The notes below the pieces were generated by a model. That model saw nothing but the letters and a program-made list of their open reading frames with translations. It was not told where the DNA came from and made no database searches. From the human T2T-CHM13v2.0 reference genome, Homo sapiens, in NCBI RefSeq assembly GCF_009914755.1, contig NC_060939.1: DNA of 64,000 bases; one strand, written 5' to 3'. A program made the position numbers and the translations under genes. Shown piece by piece: positions 46,289 through 62,384 of this stretch; position 1 is the stretch's first letter; every line of letters begins with the position of its first letter.

Positions 46289-46849
46289 TTAAGAACAACT
46301 AGGGCTGGGCAGAATTGAAGCTGTTTCCCCTGCCAGATGATTGGACACCTTGCCTTTTAGGAGCAGGGTCTGGATGGGAGTGGGGGAAAAGCTTCCTTCA
46401 AAACCAACTTTCAGAGAGTTGGATGCTTTTTGGAGAGGACTGAATTTGGATTAGGCATTCATATTTATTTCTGCCCTTTGCAGTCATGTCATGCAAGCTA
46501 AATCGTTTCTTAAAACCAGTATTTCCACCCCTTCCAAAAGGAACTTTATCATGTAAACTGAGCGCCTGCAATCCAACCCTATAATGACTTGATTCGTCTT
46601 GGGAAAGCTCCTGCCTTTAATCCTTTTCTCCCTCATCTCCTGGTGCCAGGAAGGGCCCCCACAGGACCCTCCCAGGTCTGGAGGTGTTCCTCACTGTCAC
46701 TCTCTCCTCCTCACATCACCTGCTGGCCCCGAGGCCTTCTCAGTGATGGGGAGGGTTTGGCTAGAGCCTTAGCGGGAGGAAGCCAGGAGATGCTTCCCTA
46801 GGTCAATCCCTGGGCAGGCCCCACTTCCTTCATTTCCTCATTCGTTCAT

Positions 46850-47065
46850 CCAGTTAACACATGCTTAGTGCTTCTCATATGCCAAGCACTGTGCTCTGCA
46901 CTTCACTCTGTGAGCTCTGATAATAGGGACTAGTATTAGTTTTCATTTATGGATGAGGAAATCAAGGCTCAGAGGGGTTAAGTCACTTGCCTGAGACCAC
47001 ATGGTTAATGAGTGGCTTTGCTGTACTGGGGACCTAGAGTCTGAATCCAGCCAAGCGACTTCCAA
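46850..47065 (-). mobile_element. MIR
   Basis: GATGAGGAAATCAAGGCTCAGAGGGGTTAAGTCACTTGCC core. Confidence 0.75.
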
Positions 47066-48428
47066 TGCCAAGCTCACACCAGATCCACACTCGGAGCAGA
47101 GGAAGCCACATTGCAGCGGAAAACAAGGGCTTCCTGGAAGTGGTATGTGGCCTGAGGCCAGGAAAGACCAGGCTGGGAGAGGGCTACTGACTGCTTACTG
47201 TAATCAGCTTCAGATTTTCGGCATCAACAAGGCAGAACCCCAGTGAGACAGGCAAGGGTGACAGGAGGCTCTTTGGTGACCCTGGATGGGCTCTGCTCAT
47301 GGGGATTTGATCCCACCATTAGTTTTTGAGCTCTTGCCACATGCCAGACACAGGCCCTGCCCCAGGAATCCCACATATTATCATGTGCCATGGCCTGGGT
47401 CTCGGCTATGGCTTCAGTGGCTCATGTTCCCCTCTTCCTGGACACCCATCTTGGACGATCCTACAGCCTCAGGCCAAGGCATCCCCAGAATCCCCCCAAG
47501 CTTCTGGGCCCCTGCCTGGCAAGACTGATGCTGATCAGAGTCCTGCCCCATCCCCCTGCTCCCAGTCCAGGCCAGGGATGGCTTCTATTTACCTGGGTCT
47601 TCCCCGAGCTCAGCTGAGCTCCAGCTCATAGTGAATCACATGTTGGGAATCAGCTGAGAGCTGGCCCTGAAGATCCCTGAATAATGCATCAAAGCCCTTC
47701 TCCCCTGCAGAGCCATTAGGGTGGGGGTGAGGGGGATAATGCAGAGGAGTCAGTGTGTTTCCCACCCCAGGAAGAATACTAGGGTTCCAAAGGCCTTTGC
47801 CCTGGTGTGCATGGGCTTGAGACTCAAAGGTCCACAGGACTGGGTGACCCAGTACATAGGTAAACCAAGGCGGGTTTCGGATGACTACAAAACCAGTACA
47901 TCCTCCAAAAGAGGGCAAAGGAGGTTCAGCTTCCAAATATTCAGACTTTTGCCATTGGAAACTTTAAGAAAACAAAACAACATTTTATTTTTAGCATCCA
48001 TATAAAAGTTGTATTGCATGGTTTATGGTTTTGTTTTTATTTTGAATTTTCTCCCCTGTGCAGAAGCACCAAAGCATCTTCAGTGCTAAGACCTGGAAAA
48101 GTCGAAGTCCCTCCTGGAGATCCAGTCACACCACAGGAGAGCAGAGCTGGGGGTGCCTGCTGAGTTCACTCCATCCACCCCACCCCACTCCCAGAACCGT
48201 ACAGGCTGAGCAGTCCAGGCCAATTCAGGTACCCTCTTCTGGCTCTATGAAGAAAGTCTAGGAAGGGAGTGGAGAGCTGCAGAGAAGAAAGAGGGAGGGG
48301 ATCAGAAGACAGAGGAGGAGCAGGAGGAGGAAGGGGAGGGGGAGGGGGAACAGAGTGCCAGACTGACAGAAATTTTTGCACATCCTGGCATCCTGTTCCC
48401 ACCCTGGGCCTAACTGAGCCTTCCCAGG

Positions 48429-48696
48429 TGCTATGCACTGAATGTTTGTATCCTGCATGATGAAATTAATGCCCTTATAGGAAGAAACACGAGCAAGTAG
48501 GCCTTCTCTCTCTCTCTTTGCCGTGTGAGGATATAGCAAGGAGGTTCCATAGGAGAAACCAAGAAAAGAGTCCTCACCCAACCCAAACCATGCTGGCAGC
48601 CTGATCTCCAACTTCCCAGCCTCTAGAACTATGAAAAATAAATGACTGTCTAAGCCACCTAGTAATTTGTTATAGCAGCCTGAGCTGACTAAGGCA
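48429..48696 (+). mobile_element. MLT1A-type MaLR LTR with internal deletion
   Basis: TGCTATGCACTGAATGTTTGT...GCCTCTAGAACTATGA...GTTATAGCAGCCTGAGCTGACTAAGGCA. Confidence 0.75.
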
Positions 48697-49044
48697 CCAG
48701 ATCACTATGTGACTTGGCTGCCTACTCTCTCTCTTTGCTGTCCAGACTCTGGGGACCCTGGTTCTCTGCCCTTTCTCTAGCTCTCCTTCTCTGTGTGCCA
48801 TCCTTCTCGCAGTCTGCAGCCTCTGCTGATCCTTAGTCCACTGCTCTTGGGCATCTCTTCCACCTGTGACCACTCTCTCCTCATTCCCTCTGGGATGAGC
48901 TCACTCCCCTTTGGTACCAATTACTATCTATGGCTGTGGGTCTTGACCTTGGATAGACTCTCCAGGGACTCTGAGTGATTGGTCTGGGTGCAGCCTGGCC
49001 ATAGGGCATTCTGAAAGCTCCCCAGGCCATTCTAATATAGACCA

Positions 49045-49920
<876 letters not shown>

Positions 49921-50099
49921 GACCACCAAGACCAGGAACACTGAGCTGCAGTATACACATTGCTGAGCCCCACTCCAGAGATTCTGATTCAGTGCACCTG
50001 GGGTGGGCTTAGCAGCCTGCCTGGTTAGTAAGTTCCCCAACACTCTGCTCTGCTCCCATTCAGTGAATACAGGCTGCATGGCTGCCTGTCCCCTCTCCC

Positions 50100-50660
50100 T
50101 ACCCTCTAAAGGCCAGTCACCCAGTCCTCTCAACCATCTCCACAGTCTCATCTCTTCCTTCTTACCCTCCTCTTTGCTTCATCCCCCAGTTTCATTCCAC
50201 TCGCCACACTGTAGCCAAATTAAAATCTGAGTCTGGCGTTTCCCTTTGGGAAGGTGCTCAGTAGCTATGTACATGTGGTCCAAACTCTTGGTGGCATTCA
50301 GGGTCTTTCTTGGCCTTTTCAGCCTCCCCTCTAACCACAACACATACTGTCCCTTCCAGCCTTGGGGAATTCCTTGCAGCCTCAGAATAGGAGGCCTCCT
50401 CCATCTGCAGTGCCCTTTGCCCCCCTCTCTACATCCTCTCCTAGTCTACTCACCAGCCTGGATTGCAATTGCTCATTTGCTTACCTGACCCCCCCTCTCT
50501 ATGCCAGAACCTGGCAGCTTCATACAAGTCCCTTAATAACTATATGTTCAATGAATGAATGAATGAATGAATGAATGAATGAGTCTTGTTCATCTGAGTT
50601 CCCAAGGCCCAGCATGGTGCTTGGCACATGATAGGTTCAAATAAATGAGAGATGAATGAA
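50100..50660 (+). mobile_element. L2 3' fragments with (AATG)n tails
   Basis: ATGAATGAATGAATG...; CTTGGCACATGATAGGTTCAAATAAATG. Confidence 0.6.
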
Positions 50661-53600
50661 CAGCTTTTGCACCCCACCCTCAAGCCCACCTCCCTTCCTT
50701 TGTCTCCCCTCCTTTCTGTCATTCTCCTTTATCACTGAGGGTCCTTTTTTGGTTATACTCTGATTCTGCTACCCAGGGGCACTTCTGTGGAAAGCCTCAG
50801 CTGCCTCCTGATTGGTCCTTTTACCTCCAGCCCCAGCAGATAAGGAACTGAGAGCTTGCAGGGGGCAGCTGAGGAAGACTGCAAATCAGTGTCAAATATC
50901 TATGTAGAGCTGAACTTGATTTGAACCTCCCATAAGCCCAGGGAGGGTGGCAATATTCTCATCAATTTACAGATGAGGAAACTGAGGTTCAGAGAGGTTG
51001 AGTGTTTGCACATAGTAGCTTGATAGCAGAGATGGGATGAGAACACAGACCTTCAGCCATACATCTTTGTGCTCTTCCTTTTAGCCAGACACCAGGGGCC
51101 TTGAAGGCCACAAAAAAAGTATTTTGGCCTTTGGATAGTTCAGGGCTACATTCCCTTCGCCAGTCTTGTCTTCTTAAATTGCTACTTTTGATGCTGACTG
51201 ATCTCCAGCCCCAGGTAAAATACACACAGTTTTGTCACTATGTCAAGCAGAAACAAGTTCAGTGCTGGGAAAGGAAGTCAAACTCTCCTTGGAAAAAGTC
51301 AGATGGGACGTACTACTTTTAGGCCCAGCTGGATGTGCAAGGAGAGAGCCCCCAGACCCCTGCCACAGGCGCCAGCTCCCTCACCAGCAGGGTGCACCAG
51401 TGTTTCTCCTTCTTCCCAGAGACCTTGCTCTGCCTGATAAAGCTCCAGCTCTTGGCAGGCACTCAAGGCCTTCACTATCTCACTGTGACTGTAGGTCAGA
51501 CACATTCTAGATTGACAGAATATCGCCCATGGGGCTGAAACCCACAAAATACCTTCAGTGTTGGCCAGAGGGACTATGGGGTTTGGGTTGGCCCATCTCT
51601 TTGGGAACAGCTGAACTGAGAAATGCAAACCACCTTCCTGACTGCCCCGGGGAGGAGGAATCAGCAGGGTAGCATGGGAAACACATCTCGCAGCACTAGG
51701 CATGCAATGGATAATAATTACATCTGGTAAATGGGGTATCCATCACCTCAAGCATTTATCCTTTGTATCACAAACAATCCAATTACATTCTTTTAGTTAT
51801 TTTGGAATGTATAAGTAAATTATTATTGACTACAGTCACCCTGTTGTGCTATTAATACTAGGTCATATTCTTTCTAACTAATTTTTTGTACCATTAACAA
51901 CCCCCACTTCCTTACCATCACCCCACTACCCTTCCTAGCCTCTGGTTACCATCCTTCTACTCTATCTCCATGAGTTCAGTTATTTTAACCTTTAGCTTCT
52001 GCAAATAAGTGAGAACATGTGAAGTTTGTTTTTCTGTGTCTGGCTTAGTTCACTTAACATAATGACCTCCAGTTCCATCCATGTGGTTGCAATTGACACA
52101 TAGACCAATGAAATAGAATAGAGAACCCAGAAATAAATTCATACATCTACAGGGAACTTATTTTTGACAAAATTGCCAAGAATACACATTGTGGAAAGGA
52201 CAGTCTCTTCAATAAATGTTTCTGGGAAAATTGGATATCCATATGCAGAAGAAGGAAATCAAGCCCCTATCTCTTGCCATATTAAAAAATCCAATTTTCT
52301 CAGCATCATTTATTGAAGAGACTGTTCTTTCCACAATGTGTATTCTTGGCATCTGTTTTTATGCCAGTACCATGTCGTTTTGACTACTTAGCTCTCTAGT
52401 ATAATTTGAAGTCAGGTAATGTGATTACTCTAGTTTTGTTCTTTTTGTTTAGGATAGCTTTGTCTATGCTGGGTCTTCTGTAATTTCATATAAATTTTAG
52501 GATTTTTTTCTATTTCTGTGAAGAATGTCATTGATGTTTTGATAGACATTGCATTGAATTTTTAGATTGCTTTGGGTACTATGGACATTTTAACAATACT
52601 GATTCTTCCAATCCATGAACATAGAATATCTTTTCATTTCATTTGTGTCCTCTTCAATTTCTTGTATCAGTATATTGTTTTCATTGTAGAGAACTTTTAC
52701 TTCTTTGGTTAATTCCTATGTATTTTATTTTATTTGTAGCTATTGTAAATGGAATTAATTTCTTGAATTCTCTTTCAGATTGTTCTCTGTTGACATATAG
52801 AAATGCCACTGAATTTTGTATGTTGATTTTGTATCCGACAACTTTACTGGATTAGTTTATCAGTTCTAATAGTTTTTTTGTGTGTGAGTCTTTAGGGTTT
52901 TCCAAATACAAGATTATGTCATCTGCAAATAAGAATAATTTGACTTCTTCCTTTCCAATTTGGATGCCCTTTATTTCTTTCTCTTATCTGTTTGCTCTAG
53001 CTAGGATTTCCAAAGCTATGTTGATTAACAGTGATGAAAGGTGATGAAAGTGGGTATGCTTGTTATGTTCCAGATCTTACAGAAGAGGCTCTCAGTTTTC
53101 TCCCATTCAGTATGAAACTAGCTGTGGGTCTGTTGCATATGGCTTTTATTATGTTGAGGCATATGCCTTCTATTCTCAGTTTTTCAAGGGTTTTCTAATC
53201 AGGAATGGATGTGAAATTTTATCAAATGCTTTTCCAGCATTCATTGAAATGATCATGTAGTTTTGTCATTCATTCTGTTGACATGATGTATCACATTGAT
53301 TGATTTGTGTAGGTTGAACTGTCCTTCCGGGATGAATCCCACTTGGTCATGATGAATGATCTTTTTAATGTGTTGTGGAATTCAATTTGCTAATGTTTTA
53401 TTGAGGATTTTTGCATCTATATTCATCAGTGATATTGGTCTGTATTTTTTGTTCTTTAATGTATCTTCAGTTTTGGTATCAGGGTAATACTAGCATTGTA
53501 GAATGAGTTTGGAAGTATTCCCTCCTCTATTTTTGGAATAGTTTGGGTAAGGTTGGTATTAGTTCTTTAGATGTTTGGTAGAATTCAGCATTGAAGCCAT

Positions 53601-54711
53601 TGGTTCCCAGGCTTTTCTTTGCTGGGATAATTTTTATTGCTGCTTCGATTTCATTATTTGTTATTGGTCTATTCAGGTTTTGGATTTCATCATGGTTCAA
53701 TCTTGGTAGGCTGGATGTATCTAGAAATTTATCCATTTTTAGTAGGTTTTCCTATTTCTTTGCATATAGTTGCTTATGATAGCCACTAGTGATCCTTTGA
53801 ATTTTTGCGGTATCAGTTGTAATGTTTCCTTTTTCATCTTTGATTTTTTTTACTTCGGTCTTTTCTCTTTTTTTCTTAGTCTTAGGCTAAAAGTTTGTCA
53901 GTGTTGTTTATCTTTTAAAAAAAACAACTTTTCATTTCATTGATGCTTTGTATAGTTTCCTTCATTTCAATTTCATTTATTTTTGCTCTGATCTTTCTTA
54001 TTTGTTTTCTTCTACTAATTTTGGGTTTGATTTGCTCTTGCTTTTCTATTTCTTTAAAATGTATTGTTAGGTGGTTTATTTGATGTTTTTCTACTTTTTA
54101 AAAGTAGATGTTTATAGCTGTAAACTTTCCTCTTACTACTGCTTTTGTTGTATCCCATAAGTTTTGGTGTGTTTTGTTTCCATTATCATTTGTTCCAAGA
54201 AATCTTTCAATTTCCTTCTTAATTTCTTCATTGACCCACAGCATATTATTTAATCTTCATATATTTGTATAGTTTCCAAATTTTCTGCTGTTATTAATTT
54301 CTAGTTTTATTCCATTGTGGCCAGAGAAGATGCTTGATATTATTTTAGTTTTTTTGAGTGTTTTAAGACTTGTTGTGTGACCTAAGATATGATCTATCCT
54401 TGAGAATGATCAATGTGCTGAGGAAAAGAATGTGTATTCTGTAGCCATTGGATAAAATGTTCTGTAAATATCTATTAGGTCCATTTATCTACAGTGAAGA
54501 TGAAATTCAATGTTTCTATGTTGATTTTCTGTCCAGAAGATCTATCCAATGCTGAAAGTAGGGTGTTAAAGTCTCCAGCTATTATTGTATTGGGTCTATC
54601 TCTCTCTTTAGCTCTGATAGACTTTGCTTTATATATCTGGGTGCTCTAGTGTTGGGTGCATATCTATTTAAAATTGTTATATCCTATTGCTGAATTGACC
54701 TCTCTCTCTCG

Positions 54712-55022
<311 letters not shown>

Positions 55023-56037
55023 CTGAATTGATCCCTTTATCATTATATAATGATCTTCTTTGTCTCTTCTTATAGTTTTTGTCTTGAAATTTATTTAGTC
55101 TGTTATAAGTATAGCCACTCCTGCTCTTTATTAGTTTCATTGGCATGGAATATCTTTTTCCATCCGTTTATTTTCAATCTGTGTGTGTCTTTGTAGGTGT
55201 AGTGTGTTTCTTGTAGGCAATAACTCATTGGGTCTTTTTTTTTTAATCCATTCAGCTACTCTTTCATTGGAGAGTTTAGTCCATTAACATTCAATATTAT
55301 TATTGATCAGGCCTACAGGGCGTAAGGACTTACTCTTGCCCTTTTCTTATTTGCTTTCTAGTTGTTATGGTCTTCTCTTTCTTCTTTCCTTCCTTCCTTC
55401 CTTTCTTCCTTTTGGTGAAGGTGATTTTCTCTGGATGTAAAATTTAATTTCTTGTTTTTGTGTGTGTGTATTCATTGTATGTTTTTTTGATTTCAGATTA
55501 CCAGGAGGCTTGCAAATACTATCTTATAACCCATTATTTTAAACTGATGACACCTTTATATTGCTTGCATAAAGAAGCAAACAAATAAGCAAAAAGAAAA
55601 CACAAAAACTTTACACTTTCACTTTGTCCCTCAGCCTTTTAACTTTTTGTTGTTTCTATTTACATCTTATTGAGCTGTGTCTTGAAAAGTTGTTGTAGTT
55701 ATTATTTTTGTTTGGTTTATCTTTTAGTCTTTCTACTGGAGTCATTTACACACAATAATTACAGTGTTATATTCTGTGTTTTTCTGTGTACTTACTATTA
55801 CCACTGAGTTTTGTACCTTCAGATGATGTCTTATTGCTCGCTAATATCCTTTTGTTTCTGATTGAGGACCTTCCTTTAGCATTTCTTGTAGGATAGGTCT
55901 GGTGTTGATGAAATCCCACAACTTTTGTTTGTCTGGGAAAGTCTTTATTTCTCTTTCAGGTTTGAAGGATATTTTCGCTGGATATATTATTCTAGGGTAA
56001 AATATTTTTTTCTTCAGCACTTAAAATATGTCATGCC

Positions 56038-56318
56038 AGCCAGGCACAGTGGCTCACACCTGTAATCCCAGCACTTTGAGAGGCCGAGGCGGGTGGATCA
56101 CAAGGTCAGGAGTTCAAGACCAGCCTGGCCAACATGGTGAAACCCCGTCTCTACTAAAATTACAAGCATTAGCCGGGTGTGGTGGCAGACACCTGTAATC
56201 CCAGCTACTCAGGAGGCTGAGGCAGGAGAATTGCTTGAACCCAGGGGGCAGAGGTTACAGTGAGCCGAGATCACGCCACTGTACTCCAGCCTGGGTGACA
56301 GAGCAAGACTCGGTCTTG

Positions 56319-56384
<66 letters not shown>
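56038..56384 (+). mobile_element. Alu (AluS-type) inside L1, long A tail followed by (TA)n
   Basis: Dimer; ~A35 then (TA)n. Confidence 0.95.
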
Positions 56385-56388
<4 letters not shown>

Positions 56389-57000
56389 ACCACACTCTCC
56401 TGGCCTGTAAGGTTTCCACTGAAAGTCTGCTGCCAGATGTATTAGAGCTCCATTGTATGTTATGTGTTTCTTTTCTCTTGCTGCTTTAGGATCCTTTCTT
56501 TATCCTTGACCTTTGGGAGTTTGCGTATTAAATGCCTTGAGGTAGTTTTCTTTAGGTTAAATCTGCTTGGTGTTCTATAACCTTCTTGTACTTGAATATT
56601 TATATCTTTCTCTAGGTCTGGAAAGTTCTCTGTTATTATCCTTTTGAATAAACTTTCTACCTCTGTCTATTTTTCTACTTCCTCTTTAAGGCCAATAACT
56701 CTTAGCTTTGCCCTTTTGAGGCTATTTTCTAGATCTTGTAGGCATGCTTCATTTTTTATTTTTTTGTCTCCTCTGTGTATTTTCAAATAGCTTGTCTTCA
56801 AGCTCACTAACTTTTTCTTCTGCTTGATCAATTTTACTATTAAGAGACTCTGATGCATTCTTCATTATGTCATTTGCATTTTTCAACTACAGAATTTCTG
56901 CTTGATTCTTTTTAATTATTTAATCATGTTAAATTTATCTGATAGAATTTTGAATCCTTTCTCTGTGTTATCTTGAATTTAAGTTTCCTCAAAACCACTA

Positions 57001-57278
57001 TTTTTTTTTTTTGTTTTTTTTGAGACGGAGTCTCGCTCTGTCGCCCAGGCTAGAGTGCAGTGGCGTGATCTCGGCTCACTGCCAGCTCCGCCTCCTGGGT
57101 TCACACCATTCTCCTGCCTCAGCCTCCTGAATAGCTGGGACTACAGGTGCCCGCCACCATGCCTGGCTAATTTTTTGTATTTTTAGTAGAGACGGGGTTT
57201 CACCATGTTAGCCAGGATGGTCTCGATCTCCTGAACTCGTGATCCGCCCACCTTGGCCTCCCAAAGTGCTGGGATTAC
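57001..57278 (-). mobile_element. Alu (AluY-type), slightly 5'-truncated, inside L1
   Basis: Ends at GGGATTACA; TSD CACTATTTT. Confidence 0.95.
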
Positions 57279-59489
57279 ACTATTTTGAATTCTCTTTCTG
57301 GAAGGTTACATATCTCTGTTTCTCTAGGATTGGTCCCTGGTGCCTTAGTTTGTTTGATGAGGTCATGTTTTCCTGGATGGTCTTGATGCTTGTGGATGTT
57401 CATTAGTGCCTGGGCATTGAAGAGTTAGGTATTTACTATAGTATTCTCAGTCTGGGCTTGTTTGTACTCATCCTTGGGAAGGCTTTCCAGGTACTTGAAA
57501 GGATGTGGGTGTTATGATCTAAGCTGTATCTGTATTAGGGGACTCTCCAAGCCCAGTTATGCTATGGTGCTTGAAGACTCATAGAGGTATTGCCTTGGTG
57601 GTCTTGGATAAGATCTGGAAGAATTCTCTGGACTACCAGGCAGAGACTCTTATTCTTTACCTGTAATTTCTCCTAAATAGTTTCAGTCTCTCTTTCTCTC
57701 TCTCTCTCGCTCTCGCTCTCTCGCTCTCTGCTGAGCCACTTGGAGCTGGGAGTGGGCTGACACAACATCCCTATGGCCACCACCACTGAGACTGCACTGG
57801 GTCAGACCTAAAGCCAGCAAAGCACTGGGTCTCACTCAGGGCCCACTGTCAACACTACCTGGCTATCGCCTATGTTCACTCGAGGCCCTGGGGCTCTACA
57901 GTCAGCAGGTGGCAAAGCCAGCCAGGCTTGTGTCCTTCCCTTCAGGGCAACGAGTTCCCTCAGGCCCTGCTGGGTCCAGAGATGCTGTCTGGGAGCCAGG
58001 GACTAGAGTCAAAAACCTTAGAAATTTACCTGGTGCTTTATTCTATGATGGCTGAGCTGGCACTGAAACCATGAGACAAAGTCCTTGCCATTCTTCCTTC
58101 CCCATTCCACAGGAGGAGGAGCCTCACCCTGTGGCCACCTCCACAGGCCCACAGGGAGTGCTGCCAGGCTACTGTCAATGTTCACTTAGGGCCCAAGGGC
58201 TCTTCAGTCAGCCTGTGGTGAATGCTTCTAGGCCTGGGACTCACCCTTCAGGGCAGTGGGCTCCCCTCTGGCCCAGGGCAGGTCCAATAGCTTGTCTGGT
58301 CCAGGGCTTGTCTAATAGCCAAGGCCTAGAATCAGTAACCACAAGAGCCCATTTGGTGCTCTCTGCCCCATTGTGTCCAGGGAGGTACCTAAGCTGCAAG
58401 ACAAAGTCCCTTTTACCTTTCCCTCTGCTTTTCTCAAGTAGAAGAAGTCTCTCACCACAGCCACCATAGCTGGGAATATGCTAGGTCTCACCTGAAGCCA
58501 GCATGTCTCAGAGCCTTACTCCAGGCCCAAAGCATACCACCTGGGTATCACTGTTGGCTCTGCAGGGCCCAAGGGCTCTTGAGTCAGCAGGTGATGAATC
58601 CTGCCAGGACTGGGTTCTTTCCTTCAAGGCAGCAGATTCCCTTTTGGCCCAGGGTGTGTCTAGAAATGTCACTTCAGGAGCTAGGTTCTGGAATGGGGGC
58701 CTCTCTACTCTGACTGGTGTTCTATCCTACTGTGGCTGAGCTGGTATCCAAGATGTAAGACAAAGTCCTCTTTACTCTTCCCCCTCCTCTCCTCAAGCAA
58801 AAGGAAGAAGTCAGTTTAGTTGTTGCAAGCTGCGCTGCCTGGGGTTGCGGGAGGGGTGGTGCAAGCACTCCCTTGGCTGCCCTGGCTGGTGTCTCTCTAG
58901 GTTGTGTGCCACCTGAGTCCACTGGCTCTGAGCCCAGCATGGCATCAGGACTTGACTAGGAGTTGAAGTCCTTATGGTCTAGACTGCCTTTCAAGTGTAT
59001 TTAGGGCCCCAGGGCATAATAGCCTGCCATGCCAAGGCTTGTCAAAACCCAAGCCTCAAGCCTCCTAACTACTGGGATGGGTGAACCCCTCTGGGTAGGG
59101 CTGGTCTAAATGCTCCCTCCATGGGCAGGTGTCACATGAGTTCCACCTGGTTTCACTTTCTGCTGTGACAGGGCAGCACTGAGTTGAAGGCAGAGTCCCA
59201 CAGTTGCTGCATTCTCCCTCCCCCAGGTGCACAGATTCTCAGCACCACAGCGGCCGCTGCTGGGAGATGGGAGAGGAATGGCCTCGGTGTTTCAAGACTG
59301 TCTCTCCTACCCTCTTCAGTGCCTCTTTCAGTGTTATGAAGTTAAACCCAGGTACTGTGAGTCCTCACCTGATATTTGGTTCTTATGATGATGCTTTTTT
59401 GGTGTAGACAGTTGTTAAATTTGATTTTCCTGCAAGGAGAATCACTGATGGAGACTGCTATTCAGCCATCTTGCTCTGCCCCTCCTCCC

Positions 59490-59591
59490 TCACTTAACTT
59501 TACCTCCTAAGAGCCCTGTTTCCAAATACAATCACATAGGGGTTAGGGCTCCAAGTGTGAATTTTGGGGAGACACAATTCAGTCTATAGCA
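59490..59591 (-). mobile_element. MLT1 fragment
   Basis: TCCAAATACAATCACAT...GGGGAGACACAATTCAGTCTATAGCA. Confidence 0.65.
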
Positions 59592-60364
59592 TTTGGACTT
59601 GGGAAGAGGGAGGAAGAGAATATTCAGAGGAAGGTCACAGTGTAAGCAACAGTATGGAGGTGGGAAAGTTCAGCTCATGGATAGGAAAAATTGATCCAAG
59701 TTGGCAGGGCCCACAGGGAGATGTGGTGGGGTGGTGAGAGGTGGCCACATCAAAAGAACCTTGAATGCCAGGCTGAGGTGGGAGGCATTTCCTGTCATGT
59801 AGAAGGTGCCATGAGGTGGTGGGGAGGGTAACAGGATGAAAGGATATTTGGGAGGATGGATCTGGCATCAGTGATGGGTAGGGGTAAGGAGTGAACAAAG
59901 CTGGAGGCCAGGAAACTGGACACATGGCCCAGAGTTCAGGGTTAGGCTCTTCAAAGGCAGTTTCCACACTGAGTTCCCATGTGGATCCAAGCATACAGGG
60001 GGTAGATGATTTGGAAAAGCAAAACCATTCTCTTCCCATTACCACACAGTTTCCCAGCTGAGCTCATCACCAGAGTCCTACAAATCAGACAGTCAACCTG
60101 CCCCAAACTCTTACCCTAGAAGCTGTGACCCAGAAGGAGTCCTCATCGAGCTGTAGCCCAGGGACACCGCAGCCTGAGCAGGACTGCACCTGTTCCCCCC
60201 CAGGAGCCTCATCTCTGTCTGGCCTGGCTTTGGCTTCAAATGCCCTCAGCTTTGGCTTCAAAAACTGTTGAGTCAGATTCATGAGAGCTCTGGCCTTCTT
60301 CAGTTTAGGGATTTTTAAATAGTTTTTTTCAAGCAGGCAGTAGATGAGCTCTGCTTGCTTACCT

Positions 60365-61215
<851 letters not shown>

Positions 61216-61440
61216 ACATGTCATCATTCTGTTATCCTTCCTATCTGTTTTATCTTCAAAATAACCCTAATTGATGGGTTATTTTGGTTATCTATAATAA
61301 ACATAAGAATGTTTATTATAGATGAGATCTCAAAAGGAAGGACACTTGAGCAAAGTTGCACAGTTGATCCTTGACTCATGGTACAAGACTCTTTCCACTA
61401 CTCTGAGAGCCCTGAGTCCTGAGAAGAAGATGGAAGGAAG

Positions 61441-61590
61441 GTGGGTATACGTGTGTGTGCACGTGTGTGTGTGTGTAAATGTATTTCTAATGAGTATGTG
61501 TGGATATATGTGTGTCTCTGTGTGTGTGTATACATGTGGAGGTCTGTGTGTCTATATGTATGTTTGTGTGTGTGTGTGTGTGTGTACACA
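61441..61590. repeat. Compound, degenerate (TG)n microsatellite
   Basis: GTGTGTGTGCACGTGTGTGTGTGTG...TGTGTGTGTGTGTGTGTGTG. Confidence 0.9.
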
Positions 61591-62384
61591 TGCTCAGGGG
61601 GAAGGTTAAAGAGAAAATCAGCAGGGTGCAGTGGTGCACACCTGTAATGCCAGCTACACAAGAGGTAGACAGGGGAGGATCACTTGAGCCTGGGAGTTTG
61701 AGAGAGAGAAAATTTCAATAATCTTCTTCTTGCAGTTAGAAGGAAAAACCTGGGGCTGAGCATAAAGAGACATAAAGCACAGCATAAAGAGGCAGAGAAA
61801 TGTCTAAGGGAGAACAAGTGACCAAGAATTAATTAGTTCATCTATAAAGAAATAGAGCACTTTAGCAGCAGAATAAAACTGGAAGATAATTTCCTCTAGA
61901 GCCCTGATAATCTTTGTGAGAAAACTGTTGGTCACATTAATTGCAAAAACTTGCAGGACTCTCTGCAACAGAACTGGCTAGTAAAACCATCTTTATAAAA
62001 CTCACTATGCTACAAGTGGCATTCAACTCTTTCTCAACCAAGATTTCACAAACCTATCTCCAGCTTCCAGATGGTGAGGGAAAGTGTGATGAGACTTTAT
62101 GATAAATTGTGCCTGTCTCTGAGCCCATCTCCTCCCGTTGAAGAGGAGGAAAATGAGGATAGCACATTATAACCCTGCCTGACAAAAGTCACAAGATAAG
62201 CAAATAATTATTATTAAAACCAGAGAGTCCTATAATTTATTCATGAATCCCACACATTCTATATTAGATCTTCCATTTCAATTTCTTGTATTCTTTGAAG
62301 CAAATTTATAAGATTTGAATTATTCAGAAAAGCTCCCAAGCTAATATAAGAAAACACTTTAACCACAGGAAGTATCATGCTACA

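Noticed and set aside
48290-48350. G-rich purine tract as a functional G-quadruplex
   Set aside because: Ordinary GA-rich low-complexity sequence with only three long G-runs and no supporting promoter context.
53527-53736. L1 ORF2-like ORF as an active reverse transcriptase gene
   Set aside because: Short remnant of a heavily mutated, Alu-interrupted L1.
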